From NCBI GenBank assembly GCA_000999095.1, contig LCFP01000004.1, positions 80,930 to 144,929 of the forward strand: a DNA stretch of 64,000 bases. Reading direction: 5' to 3'. The stretch comes from Candidatus Gottesmanbacteria bacterium GW2011_GWA2_43_14 (GTDB lineage: Bacteria > Patescibacteriota > Microgenomatia > 2-02-FULL-39-11). The notes under the pieces were generated by a model. It saw nothing but the letters and a program-made list of their open reading frames with translations, was not told the origin of the DNA and did no database searches. Below are positions 27,400-36,996 of this stretch, in pieces; the stretch's first letter is position 1, and each line of letters begins with the position of its first letter. A program made the position numbers and the translations under genes.

Positions 27400-28236
27400 A
27401 TGATAGTTCCTTATTTTTCCGTCATCATTCCGGCTTTGAATGAAGAGAAATACCTGCCGACAATTCTTAAGAGTCTGACAATGCAGACGTTTAAGGATTT
27501 TGAAGTGATTGTGGTTGACGGAAACTCAAGGGATAAAACAGTGGATGTTTTTAATAAATTCCGTCCCAAACTGCCCTATTCTAAAATTTTGGTCACGAAA
27601 AGAGCTAATGTCGGTTTCCAGAGAAATTCGGGCGGAAAGGAAGCTGGCGGAAAGTATTTTATTTTTTTGGATGCGGACGTAGATATAAGTTCTACCTTTC
27701 TTGAAGAAATTCATCTTGCATCCATAAAAAAAGGCTTTAAATTGGCTACAACCTGGATAATGCCGGACAGCCGGGACCCGATTGACCAAACGATGATACT
27801 GCTCGGTAATTTAGGCCAGGAATTGTCCAAGCTGTTCAATAAGCCTTTTTCCGGGGGTTACAATACCATTGTCAAAAAGGAGGCATTTCAAAAATTGAAG
27901 GGTTTCCGGGAGGATATGAAAATAAATGAAGATCAGGATTTTGCCATCAGAGCTTTTAAAAAAAATATTGAAACGGTAATTTTGCAGGAACCGAAAGTCA
28001 CTTATTCCTTAAGAAGATTCAGATCCGAAGGTACATTACAAGTATTGCGCAAGTATGCCCAATCAAATCTGCATTTCTATTTAAAAGGTCCGATTACCCA
28101 TGAATTGTTTGAGTACAGAATGGGCGGACACGTCCATAAAAGAAGGAGAAAACAGCTTAATTTAACTAAAATAGACACCTATATCAAAGCCATGGAAAAG
28201 CTGGAAGATAAGATTGTCGCCCTTCTGTCCGAATGA
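27400..28236 (+). CDS. GT2 glycosyltransferase
   Basis: SVIIPALNEE, VDGNSRD, FLDAD, EDQDF, SLRR. Confidence 0.92.
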   Translation: MIVPYFSVIIPALNEEKYLPTILKSLTMQTFKDFEVIVVDGNSRDKTVDVFNKFRPKLPYSKILVTKRANVGFQRNSGGKEAGGKYFIFLDADVDISSTFLEEIHLASIKKGFKLATTWIMPDSRDPIDQTMILLGNLGQELSKLFNKPFSGGYNTIVKKEAFQKLKGFREDMKINEDQDFAIRAFKKNIETVILQEPKVTYSLRRFRSEGTLQVLRKYAQSNLHFYLKGPITHELFEYRMGGHVHKRRRKQLNLTKIDTYIKAMEKLEDKIVALLSE

Positions 28237-28262
28237 GGTTATAATATTGAGATAAATTACTG

Positions 28263-29588
28263 ATGAAAATAATCACTGATTTACAAATCCATTCCAAATA
28301 TGCCAGAGCTGTCTCTCCTGAGATGGTCGTGCCTAAAATCTGGGAATGGGCGAAAAGAAAGGGGATAGGCCTTATTGCCACCGGTGATTGGACACATCCC
28401 TTATGGATGAGAGAGATAAAAAAAGACCTTGAAGAAACAGGCACCGGTCTTTTGAAACTTAAAAACCAGGATAGTGGCCCTTTATTTCTGCTGGAAACCG
28501 AAGTCTCCTGCATTTATTCGCAAGGCGGCAGGTTAAGGCGCGTTCATACCATGATTTGGGCGCCGTCGCTTGATTCAGCAGAAAAAATCAATAAAAAATT
28601 AATGTCCCTGGGAGCAAATCTCATGTCTGACGGCCGGCCTATCATGGGATTGACCAGTATTCAAATAGCAGAGGTGGTTTTGTCAATTGACCCCAAAGCA
28701 CTGATTGTACCGGCCCATATCTGGACACCCTGGTTTTCCCTTTACGGCTCGGAATCCGGGTTCGATTCGATTGCTGAGTGTTTCGGTGAATATGCCAAGT
28801 ATATATATGCCATTGAAACAGGTTTATCCAGTAATCCCGAAATGAACTGGAGAGTCAAAGATCTGGATACGCGCTCCATAGTATCATTCTCCGATGCCCA
28901 CTCGGGTCCCAAATTAGGCCGTGAGGCCACAGTATTTGAACTGGAAAACCTAAGTTTTGAGGCTATCCGTCAGGCTCTCATATTACCCAATAAAACCAAA
29001 AACCGAGTTGCTTATACAATGGAATTTTATCCTGAGGAAGGAAAATACCATTACACCGGACACCGTAATTGTCAAATAAAACAAACTCCGGAGGAAACCC
29101 GTGCAAAAGGGACTCTTTGTCCTGTCTGCGGCAAGAAGTTAACCGGTGGAGTCTTGTACCGTGTCGACCAGCTGGCAGGCAGAAGTGAAGCTGATCTGGG
29201 AATGGAAAAAACAACTATGGAGGGTATCCTGACGACTATGTACCGTTCAAAAATGATTTCAGACAGGCCGCCTTACCTGATGATGGTGCCTTTGGCTGAA
29301 ATCATATCAGAAGTCAACGGAGGCAGCCCGACGACCAAAGGCGTATTAAATGAATATTTCAAACTGGTGGAGCATTTCGGATCGGAATTTAAAGTCTTAA
29401 CCGAAGTAGAAGCAGAAAACCTGTCCAAAATTTCCGGTGAGAAACTAGCTCAGGCAATTGACAAGGTAAGAAAGGGAGATATCTTTGTCGATCCGGGATA
29501 TGACGGTGTTTTCGGAAAAGTTAAAATTTGGGCTGACGAGAAAAAAGATACAGAAAGCGTCAATAAAAAACAAATGAGCCTCTTTTAA
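28263..29588 (+). CDS. PHP-domain endonuclease Q family protein (EndoQ/YqxK-like)
   Basis: IHSKYARA, TGDWTHP, PAHIWTPW, ETGLSS, SDAHS, GKYHYTGHR.C..CPVC, PGYDGVFG; ends in QMSLF. Confidence 0.88.
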   Translation: MKIITDLQIHSKYARAVSPEMVVPKIWEWAKRKGIGLIATGDWTHPLWMREIKKDLEETGTGLLKLKNQDSGPLFLLETEVSCIYSQGGRLRRVHTMIWAPSLDSAEKINKKLMSLGANLMSDGRPIMGLTSIQIAEVVLSIDPKALIVPAHIWTPWFSLYGSESGFDSIAECFGEYAKYIYAIETGLSSNPEMNWRVKDLDTRSIVSFSDAHSGPKLGREATVFELENLSFEAIRQALILPNKTKNRVAYTMEFYPEEGKYHYTGHRNCQIKQTPEETRAKGTLCPVCGKKLTGGVLYRVDQLAGRSEADLGMEKTTMEGILTTMYRSKMISDRPPYLMMVPLAEIISEVNGGSPTTKGVLNEYFKLVEHFGSEFKVLTEVEAENLSKISGEKLAQAIDKVRKGDIFVDPGYDGVFGKVKIWADEKKDTESVNKKQMSLF

Positions 29589-29596
29589 AACATCCG

Positions 29597-30325
29597 ATGA
29601 AAAAGCGCCTGCTGGCTGTTTTTGCCCATCCTGATGATGAAGCCTTTGGTCCGGGCGGAACATTGACGAAATCAGCCGCCGAAGGAGTCGAAATCCATTT
29701 GCTTTGTGCAACCCGCGGTGAAGGCGGCCAGTTGCATAAAGAAATAACAGAAACGGGTAAGGATGTAAAAATCCATCATCTCAGGGAAAGAGAACTTTTA
29801 AAATCAGCCGGCATTTTAGGCATAAAAAAAGTAGAGTTTTTGGACTTTTTGGACGGTCATTTATGCAATGCGAATTATCATGATTTGGCCGGGAAAATAA
29901 TTTCTAAAATAAGGTCATTTAAACCGCATGTCATATTGACAACTGACAGGACCGGAGTATCGGGACATCTGGACCATATTGCCGTTTCCATGGTAACGAC
30001 TTTCTCTTATTTGAAAACGACCGAAGCCAATAAATTATATTATTATTGCCTGTCAAAAAAACAAAGGAGGCCGGAAGGCGATGATTATTTTGTTTACTTT
30101 CCCGAGGGCTATTCCGAAGATCAAATTACCACCAGAATTGATTACCAAAAGTTTTTTGAGGCTAAAACTGCAGCCATGTTTCAGCATAAGAGCCAATTGT
30201 CTGATGTTACGGCCATTCATTCATTTATAAAAAATAAGCCGAAAATTGAAAATTTTATCCTGCAATACTACAGGAACATAAAAGTAAGATTTCCGGAGAC
30301 GAATCTTTTCGGGGGAATAGAATAA
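29597..30325 (+). CDS. PIG-L/LmbE family deacetylase
   Basis: FAHPDDE, TRGE.G, GHLDH, HKSQ. Confidence 0.92.
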   Translation: MKKRLLAVFAHPDDEAFGPGGTLTKSAAEGVEIHLLCATRGEGGQLHKEITETGKDVKIHHLRERELLKSAGILGIKKVEFLDFLDGHLCNANYHDLAGKIISKIRSFKPHVILTTDRTGVSGHLDHIAVSMVTTFSYLKTTEANKLYYYCLSKKQRRPEGDDYFVYFPEGYSEDQITTRIDYQKFFEAKTAAMFQHKSQLSDVTAIHSFIKNKPKIENFILQYYRNIKVRFPETNLFGGIE

Positions 30326-30389
30326 AGCTTCTATTGACCTGGTAAAAATACGGATGCTATGCTTAATAGAGGATCGGAGGTGATATTTT

Positions 30390-30734
30390 ATGGCGGAGAA
30401 AACCGCAAATAACGAAAAAATGATGGGTGCACTTGCTTATCTTCTCGGACCGGTTACCGGAATAATTTTACTGATAACGGAAAAGAATAACCAGTTTGTC
30501 AGATTTCATGCCATGCAGTCGACGATGATTTTCGGTGCCATATTACTGTTTAATATGGTTTTAGGTATTGTTCCGGTATTGGGATGGATCATCGCCCTGA
30601 TTCTTTCACCTTTGGTTGCCTTGGTTTCATTTATTCTTTGGCTGGTTCTGATGTGGAAAGCCTACAACGGTGAAAAGTACAAATTACCTTACGTCGGGGA
30701 TTTAGCCGAAAAACAATTGGCCAAGATGAAGTAA
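30390..30734 (+). CDS. DUF4870 membrane protein
   Basis: GALAY, FVRFHAMQS, KAY.GE.YKLP; SD GGAGGTGA upstream. Confidence 0.88.
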   Translation: MAEKTANNEKMMGALAYLLGPVTGIILLITEKNNQFVRFHAMQSTMIFGAILLFNMVLGIVPVLGWIIALILSPLVALVSFILWLVLMWKAYNGEKYKLPYVGDLAEKQLAKMK

Positions 30735-30747
30735 TTTATAACCCCTA

Positions 30748-31389
30748 ATGTTTAAGGACAGGAAAGAAGCCGGTCGACAACTGGCGGAAAAGTTAAAAGA
30801 CTTCCGGGACAGTAGTGAAACCGTCATTGTGGCCCTGCCAAGAGGCGGGGTCATTGTCGGTAAGGAGGTTGCTCAAGTTCTTCGGCTCCCTTTGACAGCA
30901 TTGCCGGTAAAAAAATTAAGAGCTCCGGCCAATTCTGAGTTGGCCATCGGTGCAATCTCTATAAACAAGGTAAAATACCTGAATTTTGAATTGATTAAAG
31001 CATTGTCTGTGTCCGACGATTTCCTGTCATCCGAAATTTCGGAAAAAGAAAAGCAAGTAGGGGAGCAGGCTTTGATTTTCCGGACTGATATTGACTATCT
31101 GACCAGCTTCCGCTATTACATTATTATCGATGACGGGATAGCCACAGGATCTACAGTCTTGGCTGCCGTCAAACTGCTCAGGAATGGTTTAAAGGACAAG
31201 AAAAAAATAATAGTAGCCGTCCCGGTAATCGCCCGGGATATATTTGAGGTTTTACAAAATGAAGTTGACCGGTTGGAGACAATGGTAGTTTCTTCTGATT
31301 TTAAAGCCGTTGGCCAGTTTTACCGGAATTTTAAGCAGGTATCAGACAAAGAGGTTATTCACAGTTTAAGAAAAGGAGAAGAAAATTAA
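30748..31389 (+). CDS. phosphoribosyltransferase family protein
   Basis: FKDRKEAG, LPRGGV, IIDDGIATGST, AVGQFY.NF.QV. Confidence 0.9.
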   Translation: MFKDRKEAGRQLAEKLKDFRDSSETVIVALPRGGVIVGKEVAQVLRLPLTALPVKKLRAPANSELAIGAISINKVKYLNFELIKALSVSDDFLSSEISEKEKQVGEQALIFRTDIDYLTSFRYYIIIDDGIATGSTVLAAVKLLRNGLKDKKKIIVAVPVIARDIFEVLQNEVDRLETMVVSSDFKAVGQFYRNFKQVSDKEVIHSLRKGEEN

Positions 31390-31991
31390 TGAAAATGATC
31401 GTCGGCTTGGGGAATCCTGAAGAAAAATACCTTTATAACAGGCATAATATCGGATATATGGTGGTGGAGAAGCTGGCTAAAGTGTTGTTGCCGGTTGACA
31501 GCAGTGAAAAAGAGTGGATTGGTGAAAAAAAATTCACAGCACAGTTATGCCGGGTGAACAAGTCATTAATTCTGGTAAAACCTCATACCTACATGAACAG
31601 ATCGGGTATAGCGGTTTCCGCTTTAGCCCGATTCTACAAGATAGAAGAATCTGATTTGTGGGTAATCCATGACGATATAGATTTGCCTTTGGGAAAAATA
31701 AGAATTAGAAAGGGAGGCAGCTCCGGAGGGCACAACGGAGTCGAGTCCATTATTCAGCATTTTCAATCTGCAGATTTTATCCGCTTCAGGTTAGGTATTG
31801 GGCGGGGCAAATTGGATGCAAAAAAAACTACGGATATTAATCTCTCGCGCCAGGGTATTGAAAAATTTGTTTTGTCAACTTTTAAAGACAGCGAAGCGGG
31901 TGAAGCCAAAAAGATGATTAAAAACGCCGTTAAAGCGGTAATTTTAACACTGGATAAAGGGCTCGAAAAAGCGATGAATAGGTTTAACTGA
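31389..31991 (+). CDS. pth: peptidyl-tRNA hydrolase
   Basis: VGLGNP, RHNIG, KP.TYMN.SG, HDDID, GGHNG. Confidence 0.96.
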   Translation: MKMIVGLGNPEEKYLYNRHNIGYMVVEKLAKVLLPVDSSEKEWIGEKKFTAQLCRVNKSLILVKPHTYMNRSGIAVSALARFYKIEESDLWVIHDDIDLPLGKIRIRKGGSSGGHNGVESIIQHFQSADFIRFRLGIGRGKLDAKKTTDINLSRQGIEKFVLSTFKDSEAGEAKKMIKNAVKAVILTLDKGLEKAMNRFN

Positions 31992-32643
31992 AAGCGGGTA
32001 AAGCCACAGCCTTTTTGGCTTTGAGGAAATTAAAGACTTTTACTAAAGCAAAATAGGATAAAGTAATCCCGCCGGCCATAAGGGTCCTTTCAATCAGAGT
32101 TTGGGGAATAAGAGCCAGCCACATTTCTTTTGACAGACCGAAAGCCCAAACCCAGAGAGCCCCTCCGACTGCATGAGCGGAAAAGGTTGCTCCCAAGCTT
32201 CTGATAAACAAATTTTTCCTGAAATAATGGGCCATAACTGGAATAAGCCATAAAAGAGAATACTGCCAGGCGCTTCTGCCGATCGGATGGAGATTAAAAA
32301 TAAGCATAGAGAGAAGGGGTATCAATAAATTCACGGACCTTTTTTGGGAAAAGTAATAAACGGCAAAGAGAACCGGGAAAAGTCTGATAACTGAAGACAG
32401 GCCGGTTAAGGAATCGGGATGGATAAAGAAATTTACCAGTTGAATCAAAAGAACCGTAAAGATACCCGGCAAAGTTGTTAAAAATACTCCGGCAGTAGGA
32501 GCCAGGAAATCATATAAAGTGAATTGCACATTGCCCCCGAGAAGTCTGGTAAAAGGAATCTGAAGAGCTATAAGGCCAATCAGGAAAAAAAGAATTATGA
32601 AAGACAGTTTTGAACCGAGGTTTTTCATCATTGAAATTTTCAT
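31984..32643 (-). CDS. multi-pass membrane protein, possibly ECF S-component-like
   Basis: 219 aa, ~6-7 hydrophobic segments; function inferred from size and context only. Confidence 0.7.
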   Translation of the reverse strand: MKISMMKNLGSKLSFIILFFLIGLIALQIPFTRLLGGNVQFTLYDFLAPTAGVFLTTLPGIFTVLLIQLVNFFIHPDSLTGLSSVIRLFPVLFAVYYFSQKRSVNLLIPLLSMLIFNLHPIGRSAWQYSLLWLIPVMAHYFRKNLFIRSLGATFSAHAVGGALWVWAFGLSKEMWLALIPQTLIERTLMAGGITLSYFALVKVFNFLKAKKAVALPAFS

Positions 32644-32668
32644 TATTTTAACATTTCAAAACATCCTG

Positions 32669-33400
32669 TCAACTGCTAAAGCCCGGCCGCCAGCCTCCAC
32701 TGATTTCCAGATTGGCACCATTGATATAGGCCGATTCCGTTGACAATAAAAAGTGAACTGCCGCGGAAATATCTTCAAATTGAGCAAATTTACCTGTGGG
32801 GGTCTTGGGTTTGGCGAAGCTGGTTTTCAGGATTCCCGGGGATATGGAATTGACTGTAATGCCGTACTTGGCGTATTCGAAGGCCATTACTTTGGTAAGC
32901 ATAATAACTGCTGTTTTGGCCATATAATACGGGGTGGTATTCTTTCGAATAGTTATGGTGTCTGCGGCGACTGCTCCGAAATTGATAATCCGTCCCCATT
33001 TTTTCTTTTTCATTTCCGGCAAAGCCTGTTGAGAACAGAGAAAAGTCGCATAGAGATTGGATTCAATAACATCTTTGAATTTGGCAAATGAAGTTTCGGC
33101 AATCGGCTGATAAATAAAATTGCCGATCAGGTTTATAAGTATCTCCACCGTGCCCAGCTTCTTTTCGATATGTTTAAACATAGTGTTTACTTCGGCAGGC
33201 TCAGTCAGGTCTGCCCGGAACATTTCTCCCGAGGAATATTTCTTGACCTGTGATATGGTTGCGGTTGCTTCGGTCAAGCTATCCCTGAAATGGACGGCGA
33301 TTTTAGCTCCTTTTTCCGCCATGGACAAAGCCAAATGGCGGCCTAAATTTTTTCCGCTGCCCGTGACTAATACTGTTTTACCTCTCAATTCATTTTTCAT
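32669..33400 (-). CDS. SDR oxidoreductase, pteridine/dihydrofolate reductase-like (FolM/TmpR type)
   Basis: LVTGSGKNLG, IAVHF..S, PYYMAK (YxxxK), NSISPG, LEISGGW; divergent from folC. Confidence 0.8.
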   Translation of the reverse strand: MKNELRGKTVLVTGSGKNLGRHLALSMAEKGAKIAVHFRDSLTEATATISQVKKYSSGEMFRADLTEPAEVNTMFKHIEKKLGTVEILINLIGNFIYQPIAETSFAKFKDVIESNLYATFLCSQQALPEMKKKKWGRIINFGAVAADTITIRKNTTPYYMAKTAVIMLTKVMAFEYAKYGITVNSISPGILKTSFAKPKTPTGKFAQFEDISAAVHFLLSTESAYINGANLEISGGWRPGFSS

Positions 33401-33416
33401 ATATAATCTGTGGGCA

Positions 33417-34742
33417 ATGATAAGGACATTTCAGGAAGCAGTCAAGTTCCTGGAGCGTTATATACCTCCGGCTGATAAAAAGCACCCGGGCGTCCTGGGA
33501 CTTGAAAGAATGAGGGAACTGACCGGCAGGCTGGGCAATCCGCAATTAAAATACAGGACGATCCATGTGGGTGGCACATCAGGAAAAGGATCAACAGCCA
33601 CCATGATTGCTTCAATTTTAGGAACAAAATACAAAACCGGTCTTTACACTTCGCCTCATCTGGTAAGGATAAACGAAAGGTTCACCGTCATTGAGCCGTT
33701 AAACTCAGTTCAAAGGGAAATCTCAGACGGTGTTTTCACCCGTTTAATTAATAAGATTAAACCACATGTTGAAGCGATGGGGGAAACAGATTTGGGATCA
33801 CCCAGTTATTTTGAAATCGTCTCGGCTCTGGCTTTTCTCCATTTCTACAAAGAAAAAGCAGAGGCAGCCGTGATAGAAGTGGGTTTAGGAGGACTGTATG
33901 ATGCTTCAAACGTCGTCCAACCGGAAATCGCCGTCATAACCAATGTGGGACTTGATCATACCGAAATTCTGGGGGAGACCCTCGAGGAAATAGCCGCTGA
34001 TAAAGCCGGTATTATAAAAAAAGGTATGAAAGTGATTTCAGGCACTGATATTTCTTCGGTTAAAGCAATTTTCAAAAACAAGTCTGATCAAAACAATGTC
34101 CCATTATTTTTGGCCGGGCTCAATTTCAGAACAGATATAAAAAGAGTATCAATCTCAGGCAGCCGCTTCGATTTTCATAACTTCCAATATTACCGGAATC
34201 TGCATCTTGGCATGTTAGGCCGGCACCAGGTGGCAAATGCGGCATTGGCTGTTAAAGCTTGCGAAGAATTCGGGGGTATCGGGGTAAAAGAGATAAAAAG
34301 CGGTTTAAAAACGGTAAAATTTGCCGGCCGGCTGGAAATCATCAGGAAAAAGCCTTTAATTGTTTTGGACGGAGCCCACAATCCCGATAAAATTAAAGCA
34401 CTGGTTGATGCAGTCAGGGAAATCTGGCCCGGAAAAAAAGCCACGACAGTCCTGGCTATAAAAAAAGACAAAAATGCTGCCGGGATGATCCGGCTGCTGT
34501 CTTTGATAACGGAAAAATTTATCCTGACAAATTACCGTGTTATTATGGACCAGGGTGAAATAAGCTCTTATGATCCGGCTGAGTTAGCCCGGTTTATGCA
34601 AAAACACGTTTCCTTTGAAGTCAACCACAATGCATTTTCAGCTTTGGAAAGCGCTCATAAATCAGCCGGTAACAGCGATTTAATTTTGGTTACTGGTTCT
34701 TTATATCTTGTGGGAATAATCCGGAAAAAATTTATTTCATGA
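33417..34742 (+). CDS. folC: folylpolyglutamate/dihydrofolate synthase
   Basis: IHVGGTSGKGST, TSPHL, EVGLGGLYD.SN, DH..LG, DGAHN, TGSLY; start moved to ATG33417 (TATAAT at 33402-33407). Confidence 0.94.
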   Translation: MIRTFQEAVKFLERYIPPADKKHPGVLGLERMRELTGRLGNPQLKYRTIHVGGTSGKGSTATMIASILGTKYKTGLYTSPHLVRINERFTVIEPLNSVQREISDGVFTRLINKIKPHVEAMGETDLGSPSYFEIVSALAFLHFYKEKAEAAVIEVGLGGLYDASNVVQPEIAVITNVGLDHTEILGETLEEIAADKAGIIKKGMKVISGTDISSVKAIFKNKSDQNNVPLFLAGLNFRTDIKRVSISGSRFDFHNFQYYRNLHLGMLGRHQVANAALAVKACEEFGGIGVKEIKSGLKTVKFAGRLEIIRKKPLIVLDGAHNPDKIKALVDAVREIWPGKKATTVLAIKKDKNAAGMIRLLSLITEKFILTNYRVIMDQGEISSYDPAELARFMQKHVSFEVNHNAFSALESAHKSAGNSDLILVTGSLYLVGIIRKKFIS

Positions 34743-35074
34743 AAAATACAAAAATCCAGTCCATCGGAGACATCCTGACAAAATTCAATCCGCTTGAAGA
34801 TAAATTTATTTCCCGGGAATTCCAGTCATTCGGTTACCATATAGCGGAAACTTTAAATGACATCAAACATAAATCGCTCTATATAAAACTGGCCAGGGAT
34901 ATTCCGCGGCCATTTCTCGAAAAAGCACTGAGTTTTTGCGCTGATGCCAAAGTAAAAAACAAAGGCGCTTTGTTTATGTGGAAACTGAAAGAAATTGGAG
35001 CATGGCAAAATAAAAAATCCGCGAAAAAAAAATTGATTGAAAATAAGCAAAATTCAAAAGATATACCCTTTTAA
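34739..35074 (+). CDS. conserved hypothetical protein with C-terminal DIPF
   Basis: 111-aa ORF overlapping the folC stop (ATGA). Confidence 0.8.
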   Translation: MKNTKIQSIGDILTKFNPLEDKFISREFQSFGYHIAETLNDIKHKSLYIKLARDIPRPFLEKALSFCADAKVKNKGALFMWKLKEIGAWQNKKSAKKKLIENKQNSKDIPF

Positions 35075-35112
35075 AATTACCCGGCTTTTTATAATTTATC
35101 CATGCTATCATT

Positions 35113-35691
35113 ATGAATATGGCCGATCATAAGGCTAAAAAGAATAACTGGCAGAAAATCGGTGAGGGGAAGAGTTTCCGTATTGCAGTTTTTGTAATCA
35201 GCTTATTGCTGCTTTATCTCCTCTGGATCAACCGGGATGATCTGAAAGACGTAGAAAGCTGGGGTTTTTTAGGCATCTTCGTCATCAATTTCATTTCCAA
35301 CGCCACCATAATTCTGCCTGCGCCGGGTACTGCCTCAGTTTTTGTAGGGGGAGCTATTTGGAATCCGCTGGCAGTGGGATTGTTATCAGGTATCGGAGCG
35401 GCCTTCGGAGAGCTTTTCGCTTATTTTCTGGGATTTGGAGGCCGGGGTGTATTACGATTCGTTGAAAAAGGGGGAAAGTGGGTAAAAACTTTGGAAGGAT
35501 TTTTTCACCGTGCCGGTTTTATAACAACATTTGTCTATGCCTTGATCCCTCTGCCTTTTTTCGATGTTTTGGGTATTATTGCCGGAGCGGTTAACTATCC
35601 GGTCTGGAAGTTTTTTCTGGCGGTTCTTCTGGGAAGAATAATCAGAAATGTCATTATTGCACTATCCGGGGCCAAGTTCCTGACTGATTAA
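35113..35691 (+). CDS. VTT/DedA (SNARE-associated) membrane protein
   Basis: ILPAPG, GAAFGE..AY..G, IPLPFFD..G..AG, GRIIR; start may be ATG35119. Confidence 0.88.
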   Translation: MNMADHKAKKNNWQKIGEGKSFRIAVFVISLLLLYLLWINRDDLKDVESWGFLGIFVINFISNATIILPAPGTASVFVGGAIWNPLAVGLLSGIGAAFGELFAYFLGFGGRGVLRFVEKGGKWVKTLEGFFHRAGFITTFVYALIPLPFFDVLGIIAGAVNYPVWKFFLAVLLGRIIRNVIIALSGAKFLTD

Positions 35692-35699
35692 TTATTAAA

Positions 35700-36677
35700 T
35701 CAGAGAAAAATGATGATCTGTGCTACCAGAATGGCCAGATAACTGGAGAAAAGAATAAAACCTTCTTTCCGCGAAATACCCCTGCCTGAGATCATATAAA
35801 TAAATAATAAAAAGCTAATCCAGACAACAACGGGAATATCAAAGGTCAGCCAGTTGGATTGCATTTCAATCGGAGAAATCATGGCTATAATGCCAGTTGT
35901 TACGAGGAGAGTAAAGACGTTTGAACCGATAGTCTCTGAAACCGCCACCTCCGTCAAACCCTTTTTAGTGGCTTTATAAGCGGCCGCGATATTGGGTATG
36001 GAGGGAACAAACGCTCCGATAGTCATGCCGACGAATAGGGGGTCAAGTGAAAACAGGTTGACCAGGGAAATCAGCTGCCCTGAAAAAAGATAAGTTCCGA
36101 TAAGAAGTATTACCAGTCCAAGGGAAAAAGACAGCCAACCTGCCTTTATGTGGCCGAAATCCAAACCGATCAGTTGTAACTCGATTTCTATATCCCGTTT
36201 GAGCGCTTCCTCGTTATATTCCGTATGTTTTTCCTGCAAGAAGACATTGGTCAGGTATGGAATAAAAAGAAGAAGCAGGGCAAAGCCGTGAAGCCTGGTT
36301 ATTGTGCCGCCTGAAGAAATGGCAAAAATAAGAATGGGAACGACAATTGAAAATATACCGTCTCTAAGAACCATATTTTTGGAAACAGTCAGCGGTCTGA
36401 TCATGGCCGGCAATCCGACCATAAGTCCTATATTGCAGATAATCGATCCGAAGATAACTCCCAGGCTGATCTGTACATATCCCCGGAGGCCTGCGTCTAC
36501 TGCTACCAGGATTTCCGGCAGGCTGACGACCATTGAAACCAAAATGATGGCAATAGAGATATTTGAAGTCTTAAGTTTGGCTGCAATCGGAGCCAATGAG
36601 TCAGTAAGCCAATCAGCACCTTTAGATATTAGGAGAATGCTGGTTATAATGGAGATAGAAAGCAGGATTAAAGCCAT
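35700..36677 (-). CDS. Na+/Ca2+ antiporter family (YrbG-like)
   Basis: alpha-repeats SLPE..GSIICNIG and SIPN..IGSNVF. Confidence 0.88.
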   Translation of the reverse strand: MALILLSISIITSILLISKGADWLTDSLAPIAAKLKTSNISIAIILVSMVVSLPEILVAVDAGLRGYVQISLGVIFGSIICNIGLMVGLPAMIRPLTVSKNMVLRDGIFSIVVPILIFAISSGGTITRLHGFALLLLFIPYLTNVFLQEKHTEYNEEALKRDIEIELQLIGLDFGHIKAGWLSFSLGLVILLIGTYLFSGQLISLVNLFSLDPLFVGMTIGAFVPSIPNIAAAYKATKKGLTEVAVSETIGSNVFTLLVTTGIIAMISPIEMQSNWLTFDIPVVVWISFLLFIYMISGRGISRKEGFILFSSYLAILVAQIIIFL

Positions 36678-36698
36678 TTACGGTATATAAAATATATC

Positions 36699-36977
36699 AT
36701 GAAAAGAGTACGCGCTCATGTGTTCATTTCCGGTGATGTCACCGGTGTCGGCTACAGAGCCTGGACGGTGCGCGAGGCGACCAGACTGGAGCTTAAAGGC
36801 TGGGTCAGGAATGCCGACCGGAATCTGGTTGAGCTTGTTTGTGAAGGTGCGGAGGATATTGTTAATAAGTATATAGATATCTGCAAAAACGGGCCGGAGA
36901 CAAGCCTGGTGGCGGATATCGAAGTAAAATGGGAAAAGACGGGTGACGACCTGGCCGGGTTTGAAATCAGGTATTGA
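36699..36977 (+). CDS. acyP: acylphosphatase
   Basis: SGDVTGVGYR, GWVRN, FEIRY. Confidence 0.92.
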   Translation: MKRVRAHVFISGDVTGVGYRAWTVREATRLELKGWVRNADRNLVELVCEGAEDIVNKYIDICKNGPETSLVADIEVKWEKTGDDLAGFEIRY

Positions 36978-36996
36978 AAAAGATTAGAATTAAATT

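Noticed and set aside
33120-33416. N-terminal 99-aa extension of folC in the ORF track
   Set aside because: Overlaps the SDR gene antisense; FolC homology and a -10 box point to ATG33417
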